Assembly: GCA_963806695.1 (NCBI GenBank)
Contig: CAWDYT010000008.1
Span: forward strand, 20,643 to 84,642
Direction: 5' to 3'
Length of the DNA: 64,000 nucleotides
Origin: an uncultured Chloroflexia bacterium
GTDB lineage: Bacteria > Chloroflexota > Limnocylindria > QHBO01
Of the stretch, positions 33,082 to 42,976 are shown one piece after another (the first letter of the stretch is position 1; each line of letters opens with the position of its first letter). A program made the translations under genes and the position numbers. The notes under the pieces were generated by a model that was given only the letters and a program-made list of their open reading frames with translations, made no database searches and was not told the DNA's origin.

Positions 33082-33987
33082 CTATGGTACGCGCCAGCCG
33101 CCGGCCTGACCGACCTTCGTGCTCAACGGCCGGCCGAGCGTGTCGGCCACGTGGCGCGCCGCGACGAGGAGCGCGTCGAGGTCGATGCCGTGCGACAGGC
33201 CCTCGCGGTCGAGCAGGTAGACGAGGTCCTCGCTGGCGAGGTTGCCCGCGGCGCCCGGGGCGTAGGGGCATCCGCCGGTTCCGCCGGTCGAGGAATCGAA
33301 GCAGCGCACGCCGAGCTCGAGGGCGGCCGAGACGTTGGCGAGGGCCGTCCCACGCGTGTCGTGGAAGTGCATGGCCAGCCGTTCGGGAGCGATCCCTGCG
33401 GCCGCAAGGGCGGCCACCACGCGTCGCACGTCCGCCGGACCGGCCACACCGATCGTGTCGCCGATGCTCAGCTCGTCGATGCCGAGCGCGACCAGCTCCC
33501 GCGCCACGCCGACCACCGCCGCCTCACCGACCTCGCCCTGGTAGGGGCAGCCGAAGGCGGTGCTGACATAGCCGCGCGTCCACCAGCCACGCACGCGCGC
33601 CCGTTCGACCACCGGGCGGAAGGCGTCGATCGACTCGGCGATGCTCATGTTGATGTTCGCGCGCGTGAAAGGCTCCGAGGCGGCCGTGAACACGCAGACC
33701 GCATCGGCTCCCGCGGCCTCGGCGCGATCCATGCCCCGGGCATTGGGGACGAGCACCGGGTAGCGGACGCCCGGTCGCCGATCCAGCCGCGCCATCAGCG
33801 CGTCCGCGTCCTCCAGCTGGGGGACCGCCTTGGGTGACACGAAACTGGTGGCCTCGATCTCGCGCAGCCCCGCGTCGGCGAGCAGATCAATGAACCGCAG
33901 CTTCGCGTCGGTCGGGATCTGGGTTGCCTCGTTCTGCAGGCCATCGCGCGGACCGACCTCGTAGACACGGACGTCGCGGTCGCTCAT
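33082..33987 (-). CDS. Hydroxymethylglutaryl-CoA lyase
   Basis: EVGPRDGLQNE, FVSPKAVPQ, HFHDTRG, GGCPYAPGAAGN. Confidence 0.95.
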   Translation of the reverse strand: MSDRDVRVYEVGPRDGLQNEATQIPTDAKLRFIDLLADAGLREIEATSFVSPKAVPQLEDADALMARLDRRPGVRYPVLVPNARGMDRAEAAGADAVCVFTAASEPFTRANINMSIAESIDAFRPVVERARVRGWWTRGYVSTAFGCPYQGEVGEAAVVGVARELVALGIDELSIGDTIGVAGPADVRRVVAALAAAGIAPERLAMHFHDTRGTALANVSAALELGVRCFDSSTGGTGGCPYAPGAAGNLASEDLVYLLDREGLSHGIDLDALLVAARHVADTLGRPLSTKVGQAGGWRVP

Positions 33988-36012
33988 GCGCCCGATTGTG
34001 CGACTTCGCCGACCAGGTCGCCGCGCTGGACCTGCTGGCCCACGTCGACCAGCAGCCGGACGAGCACTCCATCGATGGGTGCGACCACCGCGTGCTCCAT
34101 CTTCATGGCCTCGATCACGATCACCGCCTGGTGGGCCTGGACCGATGCGCCCTCGGCCACCCGGACCGCGATCACCCGTCCCGGCATCGGCGCGACGAGC
34201 ATCGCCGTCCCCTCATCGCCGGCTGACGCGGCATGCCGAACCGCCTCCTCCACCGTTGGGGCCGGCGCCGGAGCGAAGGACAGGCTCTGCCCGTCGACGT
34301 CGACGTGCGCCGTCGGCCCGTCGACCGCCGCGATCGCATCGGTCGCCACATCGCCTTCCTGCGGTACCTCGATCGACCGCTCGTCACCCTCCTGCACCAG
34401 CCGCTGCACCGGCGAGGCATTCAGACGCCAGCCACCGCCCCACGGGTCACCGGTGGCGGCGCCACGGAGCGCGCGGGCTGCGGCTCGCCAGTGCCGGTCC
34501 TCGATGGCGGGCGAGCCGGGCAGCGACATGCCGGCGATCGTGTCTGTCCGCATCTCGCCCTCGCGCATGACCGGCTGCTCGACGAGCCAGCGGAGGAAGC
34601 GAAGGTTCGTCCGGACGCCCAGGACCAGGGTCTCGGCGAGCGCGCGTCGCAGCCGTTCGACGGCGTCCTCGCGAGTCGCGCCGTGCGTGACGATCTTGGC
34701 CAGCATCGGGTCGTAGCGGTCGCTCACCTCGTCGCCCGCGGCCACGCCGGTGTCGACCCGCACCCCGTCCGGCCAGCGAACGGTCGCCAGCCTCCCGGTC
34801 GCCGGCAGGAACCCGCCCTCCGGATCCTCGGCATAGAGGCGCGCCTCGATCGCGTGTCCGCGGAGGTCCGGCGGGGCCGACAGGCCCAGCGCTCCGAGCG
34901 ATTCCCCGCCGGCGATTCGCAGCTGGTCCTCCACCAGGTCGCGTCCTGTCACCGCCTCGGTGACGGGGTGCTCGACCTGGAGGCGCGTGTTCATCTCGAG
35001 GAAGTAGAAGTCGCCCGAGTCGGCGAGCAGCATCTTCGACGGTGCCGGCGCTCACATAGCCGACCGCCTTCGCCACGGCCAGCGCCGCCTCCCCGAGGCG
35101 CCGGCGAAGCTCCGGGGTCACCGCTGGTGCCGGCGCCTCCTCGACGATCTTCTGGTTCCGCCGCTGGGCGCTGCAGTCGCGCTCGCCGAGGTGGACACCC
35201 GCTCCGTGCGCGTCGAACAGCACCTGCACCTCGACGTGACGCGACCCGCCCAGGTACTGCTCGAGCACGATCCGGTCGTCCCGGAACGACCGCGACGCCT
35301 CGCGGCGAGCGCCGCGCAGCGCCTCCGCCAGGTCCCCGGGCTCCGTCACCACGCGCATGCCCTTGCCGCCGCCACCGGCGGAGGGCTTGACCAGGACGGG
35401 GTAGCCGATGCGCGCTGCTTCGCGCGCCAGCCTTCCGTCGTCCTGCGCATCGCCGTCGTAGCCCGGGATCACCGCCACCCCGTGTGCGGCTGCGCGTTGC
35501 CGGGCCGCGGCCTTGTCGCCCATGGCCGCGATGGCGCCGGGCGGGGGGCCGACCCACACGAGGCCGGCGGCGCCCACCGATCGGGCGAAGTTCGCGTTCT
35601 CGGCGAGGAACCCGTACCCGGGATGGATCGCATCGGCTCCGGCGCGCTGCGCGACCGCCAGGATCTCGGCGGCGTCCAGGTACGAGCCGATGACGTGCGC
35701 CTCGTCCATCCCGGATGGCGGGCGCTCGTCCGCGGCATGGATGCCCACCACGCGAATGCCCAAGCGGCGGGCGGTCCTGGCCACTCGGACCGCGATCTCC
35801 CCACGGTTGGCGACGAGCAGGGCGCGAATCGGGGAGCGGGTCGCTTCGCCACCCCGTTCCGCCACGTTCGACAGCGACGAACGCGACACCCGCGCACGCG
35901 CTCCCACGCGGCGGGCCGGGAGCTTCCCTTCAGCGATCCAGCGCTGGACGGTCCGGACCGTCACCCCCAGCTCCGCTGCCACCTCCCGAGGGCTAAGCTC
36001 GTCGTCAGGCAT
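33984..36012 (-). CDS. Methylcrotonyl-CoA carboxylase alpha (biotin carboxylase plus biotinyl domain) with an N-terminal HTH_17/excisionase-like domain; one indel near 35035
   Basis: SPREVAAELGVTVRTVQRWIAEGKLPARRVG HTH, then LLVANRGEIA, HPGYGFLAEN, GGGGKGMR, FYFLEMNTRLQVEH, EAMKME. Confidence 0.9.
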
Positions 36013-36042
36013 GTCGCGATTGTCGCAGGTAGCGCCCGGCGG

Positions 36043-36834
36043 TCACGAGGTCCAGCGCGGCGGCCGCTTCTCCACGAACGCGGTCAGGCCTTCCTGTCCC
36101 TCCGCCGATGTCCGCTGCTGGGCGATGTGTCGCGGCGTGTGCCCGGCCGCCTCCTCCGGACCCAGCGTCCGGATCTCACGGACCAGCGACTTCGCAGCGC
36201 GGATCGCCGTCGGCCCCGCGGTGCGCAGCTCGCCGACCCATGCCGTGATCCGATCGTCCAGGGCCGCCTCGTCGGGAACGACCTCGTGCACGAGGCCGAT
36301 GCGCAGCGCGCGCGCGGCGTCGAAGCGCTGGCCGGCCGGGAACAGGGCGCGCGCATGGGACTCGCCGATCTTCGGGACGACGAACGTGCTGATGACCGCC
36401 GGGATGATGCCCAGCCTCGTCTCGGTGAAGCCGAAGGTCGCGTCGGCGGTGGCGACGACGACGTCGCTGACGGCGCACAGGCCCATCCCGCCCCCGAGCG
36501 CCGCGCCCTGCACGCGGGCAAGGACGGGCACCGGGCAGGCATCGATCGCGGCGAACATCGCCTGCATGGCCGCGGCGTCGCGCTCGTTGTCGTCGACGGA
36601 CAGGCCGATCGCCGCACGCATCCACTCGACGTCCGCGCCGGCGCAGAAGACCGGACCCTCCCCGGCGAGGACGACACCGCGCAGGGCGTCGGGCGGTTCG
36701 GTGGCCAGCGCCTCGAACGCGGCGCGCAGCTCGGCGATGACCGCCGCGTTGAACGCGTTCCGAACCTCCGGGCGCCAGAGGCGGACCCACGCCACGTCCG
36801 CGTCCCGCGTCACATGCACCGCGGTGCCACTCAC
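36043..36834 (-). CDS. Enoyl-CoA hydratase family (methylglutaconyl-CoA hydratase-like)
   Basis: RPEVRNAFN, FCAGAD, GAALGGGMGL, ETRLGIIPAVI, EGQEGLTAFVEKR; leucine-catabolism context. Confidence 0.9.
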   Translation of the reverse strand: MSGTAVHVTRDADVAWVRLWRPEVRNAFNAAVIAELRAAFEALATEPPDALRGVVLAGEGPVFCAGADVEWMRAAIGLSVDDNERDAAAMQAMFAAIDACPVPVLARVQGAALGGGMGLCAVSDVVVATADATFGFTETRLGIIPAVISTFVVPKIGESHARALFPAGQRFDAARALRIGLVHEVVPDEAALDDRITAWVGELRTAGPTAIRAAKSLVREIRTLGPEEAAGHTPRHIAQQRTSAEGQEGLTAFVEKRPPRWTS

Positions 36835-37649
36835 GGTGCCCGACCCCGGCGATGGAACGGCTCGCTGACGGCGCGAACCTGCCCGAGCAGTGGCTCCTCC
36901 AGCCACACCACGTCGGTCCCGTCGGGCACGTCGACGGTCGCGGACGCGCCGTTCGCGCCGACCAGCCCGAGCAGCAATCGGGAGCGGCCGCCGTCGTCGG
37001 ATTCCACCAGGTACGCGGCATCCACGCGCGTGTCGCGCAACGCCTCCGCCAGCTGTCGCTCGAGGTCACGCGTGTCGATGCTCGGCGGTCGGATGCGAAT
37101 CGAGGATCGCGCCGTCGGGCTGAAGAGTGGCTCGTCGTCGGAGCCGGGGACGCGCCCACCTGCCAGGGCCTCCAGCTCCTCCAGGTCGAAGCGGTAGGGC
37201 ACCGGGCCAGCCGGGTCCATGATCGCGGGCAGTCCGGCCGCGGCCAGGTTGGCGACCGCGATGCGAGCGGGCAGCGGCAGGTTGCCGGTGTGGGCCGGCG
37301 CCCACGCGGCGAGCGCGCCGACCGAGCCGAACACGACGCTCACCGGTCGCCCTTCGCCCTCCTGGGCGAGCATCACACTGATCTCGACCTGCTCGTCGTC
37401 GTTCACAGCCGATGCGAGCGCCGCCTTCGCCTCCTCGCCGTGCTCCGGCGGGACCGGGAGCAGCAGCGTGCCGCCCATCAGCACGCGGTAGAACTCGCGC
37501 AGCGCGCGTCGATCCCCGCCGCCACCCTCCTCGGCGTCTCGTGCGGCGAGCATGGCGTCGAACAGGTTGGCGGCGCTCTCCTCGAGGCTGCCGGACGGGA
37601 CGGATCGGTCGTGCGAGCCCGGAGCGGGGCGGTCGGCGGGCGATTGCAT
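36831..37649 (-). CDS. SseB-family-like protein
   Basis: TLLLPVP...VVFGSVGALAAW...AIMDPAGP and C-terminal VDAAYL...LLLGL; start chosen at MQSP. Confidence 0.6.
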   Translation of the reverse strand: MQSPADRPAPGSHDRSVPSGSLEESAANLFDAMLAARDAEEGGGGDRRALREFYRVLMGGTLLLPVPPEHGEEAKAALASAVNDDEQVEISVMLAQEGEGRPVSVVFGSVGALAAWAPAHTGNLPLPARIAVANLAAAGLPAIMDPAGPVPYRFDLEELEALAGGRVPGSDDEPLFSPTARSSIRIRPPSIDTRDLERQLAEALRDTRVDAAYLVESDDGGRSRLLLGLVGANGASATVDVPDGTDVVWLEEPLLGQVRAVSEPFHRRGRAP

Positions 37650-37689
37650 CGGTCCGGTGAGCCTACCGGATGCTGATAGCATCAGGTCC

Positions 37690-38481
37690 ATGATCCGGGG
37701 CATCGACCACCTTGTGATCGCCTGTGAGGATCCGGACGCCGCCGCAACGGAGCTCGAGGCAGCGCTCGGTGTCGTCAGCACGGGCGGCGGCCGCCATCCT
37801 GGCTCGGGCACGTGGAACCGGATCGCATGGCTCGCGGACGGGTCCTACCTCGAGCTGATCGGGGTGACCGATCCCGACGCGGCGCGGCAGAGCCCGGTCG
37901 GTGCGGCCGGCCTGCGAGCCCTCGACGAGGCGGGCGGCGGGCTGGCCACGTACGCGCTCCGCGTGGACGACCTCGACGCGACCGTGGCCGGTCTGCGGGC
38001 GGCCGGCTCCTCGTACGGCCCGCCCATCTTCGGGAGCCGGACCCGCGACGATGGCGAGGTCGTCGAGTGGTGGACATCGGTGCCCGAGGCACCGCTCGGT
38101 CCGACGATGCCGTTCCTCATCGAGCACGCCTATTTCGGCGTCGAGTGGGGCCCCGCGGCGCTTGGCGAGCGCGCGCTGTTCGCGCACCCGATCGGGTCGC
38201 CGGTGGTGCTGGTGCGGCTCGACCTCGCCTCCGTGGATCCACCGTCGCTGGCCGCCGACCTGCACCAGGAGCTGGAGCTCGACTTCTGGGCCGTGGCCGA
38301 TCTCGCGGTGGCCGACGTCGGACCGCACGTCATCCGCCTCGTCCCGCGCCGCGAAGTGCCGCTCCCGGCGGTCGTCACGCTCGGAGCCGCGGTCGAGACA
38401 CCTCGGACAGCCGAGGTGCTCGAATTGCGCCTCGACGTCGAGGTCGTCGACCTGCCGGTGCCGGTGCCCTTCCCGGCCTAG
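37690..38481 (+). CDS. VOC (glyoxalase-3-like) protein
   Basis: IDHLVIAC, GGRHPGSGTWNRI, YLELIG, PFLIEH. Confidence 0.85.
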   Translation: MIRGIDHLVIACEDPDAAATELEAALGVVSTGGGRHPGSGTWNRIAWLADGSYLELIGVTDPDAARQSPVGAAGLRALDEAGGGLATYALRVDDLDATVAGLRAAGSSYGPPIFGSRTRDDGEVVEWWTSVPEAPLGPTMPFLIEHAYFGVEWGPAALGERALFAHPIGSPVVLVRLDLASVDPPSLAADLHQELELDFWAVADLAVADVGPHVIRLVPRREVPLPAVVTLGAAVETPRTAEVLELRLDVEVVDLPVPVPFPA

Positions 38482-38527
38482 CCCGGAAGCCAGCTCCTGC
38501 GCTCGCCGTCTCGCAGCCGGATGACTC

Positions 38528-40126
38528 TCACATCCGATAGAGGCTGAACCCCGGCTCGGGAATCGGCGCGTTCAGGGCGGCGGAGATCCCGAGAGCGAGC
38601 ACCCGCCGCGTGTCCAGCGGATCGATGACCCCGTCGTCCCAGAGGCGCGCCGTGGAGTGGTAGGGCGAGCCCTCGCGTTCGTACTTGTCCAGGATCGACG
38701 CCTCGAAGGCGTCGCGCTCCGCATCGGTGTCGAAGCCTCCGCGCACGGTCGACAGGACACGCGCGGCTTGCTGCCCGCCCATGACGCTGATCCGGGCGTT
38801 GGGCCACATCCAGAGCTGGCGCGGGCCGTACGCGCGTCCGGCCATACCGTAGTTCCCGGCGCCGAAGCTGCCGCCGATGATGACGGTGAACTTCGGCACG
38901 TTCGTGGTGCTCACCGCCGTGACCAGCTTGGCGCCATCCCGGGCGATGCCGCCCGCCTCGTACTCGCGGCCCACCATGAAGCCGGTGATGTTCTGGAGGA
39001 AGACGAGTGGGATGCGCCGTTGCGAGGCGAGCTCGACGAAATGCGCTCCCTTCAGCGCCGACTGGCTGAACAGGATGCCGTTGTTGGCGAGGATGCCGAT
39101 CGGCTGGCCCATGATCCGCGCGAAGCCGCACACCAGCGTCTCGCCGTACCGCTGCTTGAACTCGTGGAACTCGCTCGCATCGACCAGTCGCGCGATCACC
39201 TCGCGAACGTCGTAGGCCTGGCGCGCGTCGGCCGGGACGACGCCGTACAGGTCCGCCTCGGCCACGTCGGGGTCCGCCGGCGGGGCGACGTCCCACGGTG
39301 GGTCGGGCCGGCGCCGCGCGAGGTTCCGGACGATCTCGCGACCGATGGCCAGCGCGTGCTCGTCGTCGAGGGCGTAGTGATCGGCTACGCCAGACTGCAC
39401 CGTGTGCACCTCGGCGCCGCCCAGCTCCTCTGCGCTCACGACTTCGCCGGTCGCCGCCTGCACGAGCGGCGGGCCTCCGAGGAAGATCGTTCCGGTGCCC
39501 CTGACGATCACCGTCTCGTCGGACATGGCCGGCACGTACGCGCCGCCCGCCGTGCAGGAGCCCATCACCAGCGCGACCTGAGGGATGCGGCGGGCCGAGA
39601 GCTGCGCCTGGTTGTAGAAGATCCGCCCGAAGTGCTCGCGGTCGGGAAAGACCTCGTCCTGGAGTGGCAGGAAGGCACCGCCCGAGTCGACGAGGTACAG
39701 GCACGGCAGGTGGTTCTCCAGCGCGACCTCCTGGGCACGGAGGTGCTTCTTCACCGTCATCGGATAGTAGGTGCCGCCCTTGACGGTGGCGTCGTTCGCC
39801 ACGATGACGCACTCGCCGCCCTCGATCCGACCGACGCCGGTCACGATCCCGGCCCCCGGAGCCTCGTCGTCGTAGAGGTCCGTAGCGGCCAGGGCATTCA
39901 GCTCCAGAAACGCGCTTCCCGGGTCGAGCAGGCGATCGATCCGTTCCCGTACCGGCAGCTTGCCGCGCTCGCGGTGGCGATCGATCGACCGGTCGTCACC
40001 CGCGGCACCCCGCGCGCTCAGCGCCCGATGCCTGGACCGCAGGTCGTCGACGAGCGCGCGCATCGCCTCGGCGTTGGCGCGCGTGGATGGGCTGGTCGGG
40101 TCGAGCTCGCTGCGCAGGACGGCCAT
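38528..40126 (-). CDS. Methylcrotonyl-CoA carboxylase beta (carboxyltransferase)
   Basis: [54 protein letters not shown]. Confidence 0.95.
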   Translation of the reverse strand: MAVLRSELDPTSPSTRANAEAMRALVDDLRSRHRALSARGAAGDDRSIDRHRERGKLPVRERIDRLLDPGSAFLELNALAATDLYDDEAPGAGIVTGVGRIEGGECVIVANDATVKGGTYYPMTVKKHLRAQEVALENHLPCLYLVDSGGAFLPLQDEVFPDREHFGRIFYNQAQLSARRIPQVALVMGSCTAGGAYVPAMSDETVIVRGTGTIFLGGPPLVQAATGEVVSAEELGGAEVHTVQSGVADHYALDDEHALAIGREIVRNLARRRPDPPWDVAPPADPDVAEADLYGVVPADARQAYDVREVIARLVDASEFHEFKQRYGETLVCGFARIMGQPIGILANNGILFSQSALKGAHFVELASQRRIPLVFLQNITGFMVGREYEAGGIARDGAKLVTAVSTTNVPKFTVIIGGSFGAGNYGMAGRAYGPRQLWMWPNARISVMGGQQAARVLSTVRGGFDTDAERDAFEASILDKYEREGSPYHSTARLWDDGVIDPLDTRRVLALGISAALNAPIPEPGFSLYRM

Positions 40127-40149
40127 CGCCGTCGATTATCGCCGCGCGA

Positions 40150-40734
40150 TCAGGCCAGCGTGACGAGCGGGACGATCTGCGCGACGTGGGTGGTGTTGAC
40201 GAGGGCGACGCTGACCACGTGCTCGAAGGGCGGTTCGCCGGAGTGGAGGATGTAGGCGTCGGTCAGCGGGATGAACCGCTGCGTGCGCAGGAGGTGCAGG
40301 CCGATCTCGACACCCGGGGCGAGGTGCACGTTGCCGGTGATGTTGAACGGACCGGCCACGCACGATGCGCGACGAAGGCGACGGTGGAGGCGCAGCTGCC
40401 GGCTGGCGCGCCATTCGGGCGGCATGGCGAGGATCACCCGGGCCGTCGCGAGGGACTCCCACTGGCCGTGTTCGCCGAGGGCGACGGGCACATCGGTGTC
40501 GTCCGATGGCATCGAACGGTCGTCGAGGGGTCCGGGACTCGGCCGCCACAGGCGCAGCTCGTCCTGGGTGGCGAGCAGGTCGGTCACGCGCTGGCCGTTC
40601 GGGGCGATCCAGCCGACGATTCGCGCGTCGGCGGTGTAGAGCTCGATCGGCGCGAGGTCGGTGGACGTGGCGATCGCCGCGCTTCCCTGCGTGGCCGACG
40701 GGCCGGGACCGCGGCGCCAGTTCCAGAACGTCAC
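40150..40734 (-). CDS. Conserved-looking hypothetical protein
   Basis: GTG start with SD CAGGAGG; RVTDLL...GPFNITGNVHL...FIPLTDA...VALVN pattern seen in small Chloroflexota hypothetical proteins (unverified). Confidence 0.7.
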   Translation of the reverse strand: MTFWNWRRGPGPSATQGSAAIATSTDLAPIELYTADARIVGWIAPNGQRVTDLLATQDELRLWRPSPGPLDDRSMPSDDTDVPVALGEHGQWESLATARVILAMPPEWRASRQLRLHRRLRRASCVAGPFNITGNVHLAPGVEIGLHLLRTQRFIPLTDAYILHSGEPPFEHVVSVALVNTTHVAQIVPLVTLA

Positions 40735-40815
40735 GTTGCCTCCTGAGTGGTCGCCGCCGGGGCACGAAGGCGGCGGCCGTGTGCGAACCGTACCGGTGGC
40801 TCGCACCGTCACCAA

Positions 40816-40836
40816 CGGGTCGAAAGTCCTACGGGG
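40816..40836. promoter_or_regulatory. DosR/NarL-like box, copy 2
   Basis: Minus strand CCCCGTAGGACTTTCGACCCG; core GGACTTTCGACCC resembles the DosR consensus GGGACTWWAGTCCC. Confidence 0.4.
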
Positions 40837-40994
40837 GCCGTTGCCCGGACGCATCGGTCCTGCCGCTGGGGGTTGCCCTCGGCGAAGCCTGACGCGATAC
40901 TCCGACTGAATCGGTCGGAGTTCCGGCCGAGGTTCCATCTCCGCCCGCGCGGCAACAGCCCGCGCGCCCGTCGACCATCGGCGAACCCCCACCC

Positions 40995-41873
40995 ATGTCC
41001 GTTGCAGAAGCAACCTCCACCGCGCGTCCCGCTGCGCTCGTCACCACCGAATGGGCCCGGGATCATCTCGACGACCCGACCGTCCGATTCCTGGAGGTCG
41101 ACGTCGACACCGACGCCTACGACTCCGGTCATCTGCCCGGCGCCACCGGGGTGAACTGGAAGACGCAGCTCACCGACGCGGTGCGCCGCGACCTCGTCAG
41201 CCGCGAGGAGCTCCAGGATCTGCTGCGTGCCGCCGGCGTGAACGACGACACCACGATCGTGCTGTACGGCGACAACCACAACTGGTTCGCGGCCTGGGCC
41301 TACTGGCAGGCGCGCTACCAGGGGCTCGACAACGTCCGGCTCCTCGACGGCGGCCGCGCCAAGGTCGAGGCCGACGGCCTGCCGCTGACGACCGATGCGC
41401 CGAGCCACACGCCGGGCACCATCACGCTGCCCTCGTCGACGCGCGAGGAGCTGCGGGCCTACCGGCAGCAGGTGATCGACGGGGTCGGGGCAGGCGGAGG
41501 GAGCCTGGTCGACGTCCGGTCACCGGAGGAGTTCCGCGGCGAGCTCGCGGCCCCGGCCCACCTCCCGCAGGAGGCGGCGCAGCGCCGCGGCCACATCCCC
41601 GGCGCCATCAACGTTCCCTGGTCCCAGGCGGTCGCCGAGGACGGCACGTTCAAGCCGATCGACCAGCTCCGTGCGCTCTACGGCGACCGCGGCGTCGACG
41701 GCGGCGAGGAGATCGTCGCGTACTGCCGCATCGGTGAGCGCTCGAGCCACACGTGGTTCGTGCTGCACGAGCTGCTCGGCTACGGAGACGTGCGCAACTA
41801 CGACGGCTCCTGGACCGAGTACGGCTCGCTGGTGGGCGTGCCGATCGAGACGGGCGACGGATCGTCGAATTGA
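40995..41873 (+). CDS. Tandem-domain rhodanese (thiosulfate/3-mercaptopyruvate sulfurtransferase)
   Basis: GHLPGA, VDVRSPEEF, GHIPGA, YCRIGERS, NYDGSWTEYG. Confidence 0.95.
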   Translation: MSVAEATSTARPAALVTTEWARDHLDDPTVRFLEVDVDTDAYDSGHLPGATGVNWKTQLTDAVRRDLVSREELQDLLRAAGVNDDTTIVLYGDNHNWFAAWAYWQARYQGLDNVRLLDGGRAKVEADGLPLTTDAPSHTPGTITLPSSTREELRAYRQQVIDGVGAGGGSLVDVRSPEEFRGELAAPAHLPQEAAQRRGHIPGAINVPWSQAVAEDGTFKPIDQLRALYGDRGVDGGEEIVAYCRIGERSSHTWFVLHELLGYGDVRNYDGSWTEYGSLVGVPIETGDGSSN

Positions 41874-42313
41874 CGGACGCCCCCGCGCGGTCGCTGGTGG
41901 GTCCGGCGCCGGAGGGCATGCCGGACCCGCACCTGACTCCGCCCCAGATCGCGCGGAGCGGTGACCCGTTCGCCGCGCTGCGGGTCGTCCATTTCGTGTC
42001 GCGCCTCCGTCGCAACGAGACGCTCCAGCTGCGGGACGTCGTCACCGCGCTGAACGCCGAGTTCCTCGACTGGTCGTTCGCCGAGAAGGTCGTCCTCGCC
42101 GAGATCGTCCAGCTCCAGGCGAACTGGGGCATCAGCTTCCACGGCGAAGATCGGATCGTGCTCGATCGCAACGAACGCGGGCACACGCTCCTCATCATCG
42201 ACTCGACCAAGATGAGCTCGTTCCTCGTGGCCGAGGCTCGCCGCCTGGCCGAGGCGTGCGCGGAGGAGCTCCGCCAGTTCACCCTGGGCGACGGGATCAC
42301 GCGCGACAACTGA
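41870..42313 (+). CDS. Hypothetical protein coupled to the rhodanese gene
   Basis: TTG start overlapping the TGA of rhodanese; typical coding bias; no family recognised. Confidence 0.7.
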   Translation: MTDAPARSLVGPAPEGMPDPHLTPPQIARSGDPFAALRVVHFVSRLRRNETLQLRDVVTALNAEFLDWSFAEKVVLAEIVQLQANWGISFHGEDRIVLDRNERGHTLLIIDSTKMSSFLVAEARRLAEACAEELRQFTLGDGITRDN

Positions 42314-42315
42314 CG

Positions 42316-42966
42316 CTAGTCGCGCAGCTCCTCGAGCTTGTCGTCGCGCCCGATGAGGATCAGCTCGTCGCCGTCGGCCAGCCGCTCTTCGCGAGCCGGG
42401 TTGACGACGACCTGCTGGCCGCGACGCAGCGCGATGGGGGTCAGGCCCAGTCGACCCGGGAGGTCCAGTTCGCCCAACGACTTCCCGATGAACGACTTGG
42501 GCGGCAGGATCTTCTCGATCCCGAAATTCGGCGCCACGTCGAGATAGTCGAGCACGTTCGGCACGTTGAACGAATGCGCCAGCCGCAGGCCGGTCTCGCG
42601 CTCGGGAAAGACGACCCGGTCGGCCCCGACGCGGGCCAGGATCTCGCCGTGCAGCAGGCTGCCGGCCTTGGCGATCACCGTCCGCACCCCAAGGCGTTTC
42701 AGGACCATCGTGGCGAAGATGGAGGGCTCGGCGTCGCTGCTGATCGCGACGATCGCCGTCGCGAAGTCGCCGGCACCCGCCGACCGAAGCGCCTCCTCGT
42801 CGGCGGCGTCGAGCTGGAGGGCGTGCGTGACGTCCGGCGCGATCTCGTTGACGAGACCCTCGCTTCGATCGATGGCCAGCACCTCGTTGCCCAGGCGCTC
42901 GAGCTCGAGCGCAAGGGCGGACCCGAAGCGGCCGAGGCCGATCACCATCACCTGTTCGCGCGCCAT
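42316..42966 (-). CDS. KtrA/TrkA RCK-domain potassium-uptake regulatory subunit
   Basis: VIGLGRFGSA, DATD-like DAADEEAL, ADRVVFPERE, RCK_C domain. Confidence 0.92.
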   Translation of the reverse strand: MAREQVMVIGLGRFGSALALELERLGNEVLAIDRSEGLVNEIAPDVTHALQLDAADEEALRSAGAGDFATAIVAISSDAEPSIFATMVLKRLGVRTVIAKAGSLLHGEILARVGADRVVFPERETGLRLAHSFNVPNVLDYLDVAPNFGIEKILPPKSFIGKSLGELDLPGRLGLTPIALRRGQQVVVNPAREERLADGDELILIGRDDKLEELRD

Positions 42967-42976
42967 CGGTTCCAGC

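Noticed and set aside
29307-33566. 1419-aa + strand ORF and many other long overlapping ORFs (e.g. 27392-29701, 12611-14275, 35191-37197)
   Set aside because: Shadow ORFs antisense to recognisable genes; Arg/Gly/Ala/Pro-rich with no motifs, as expected at high GC
35860-36012. Excisionase-like HTH as evidence of a prophage or ICE
   Set aside because: No integrase, att repeats or phage genes; the domain is in frame with a metabolic enzyme
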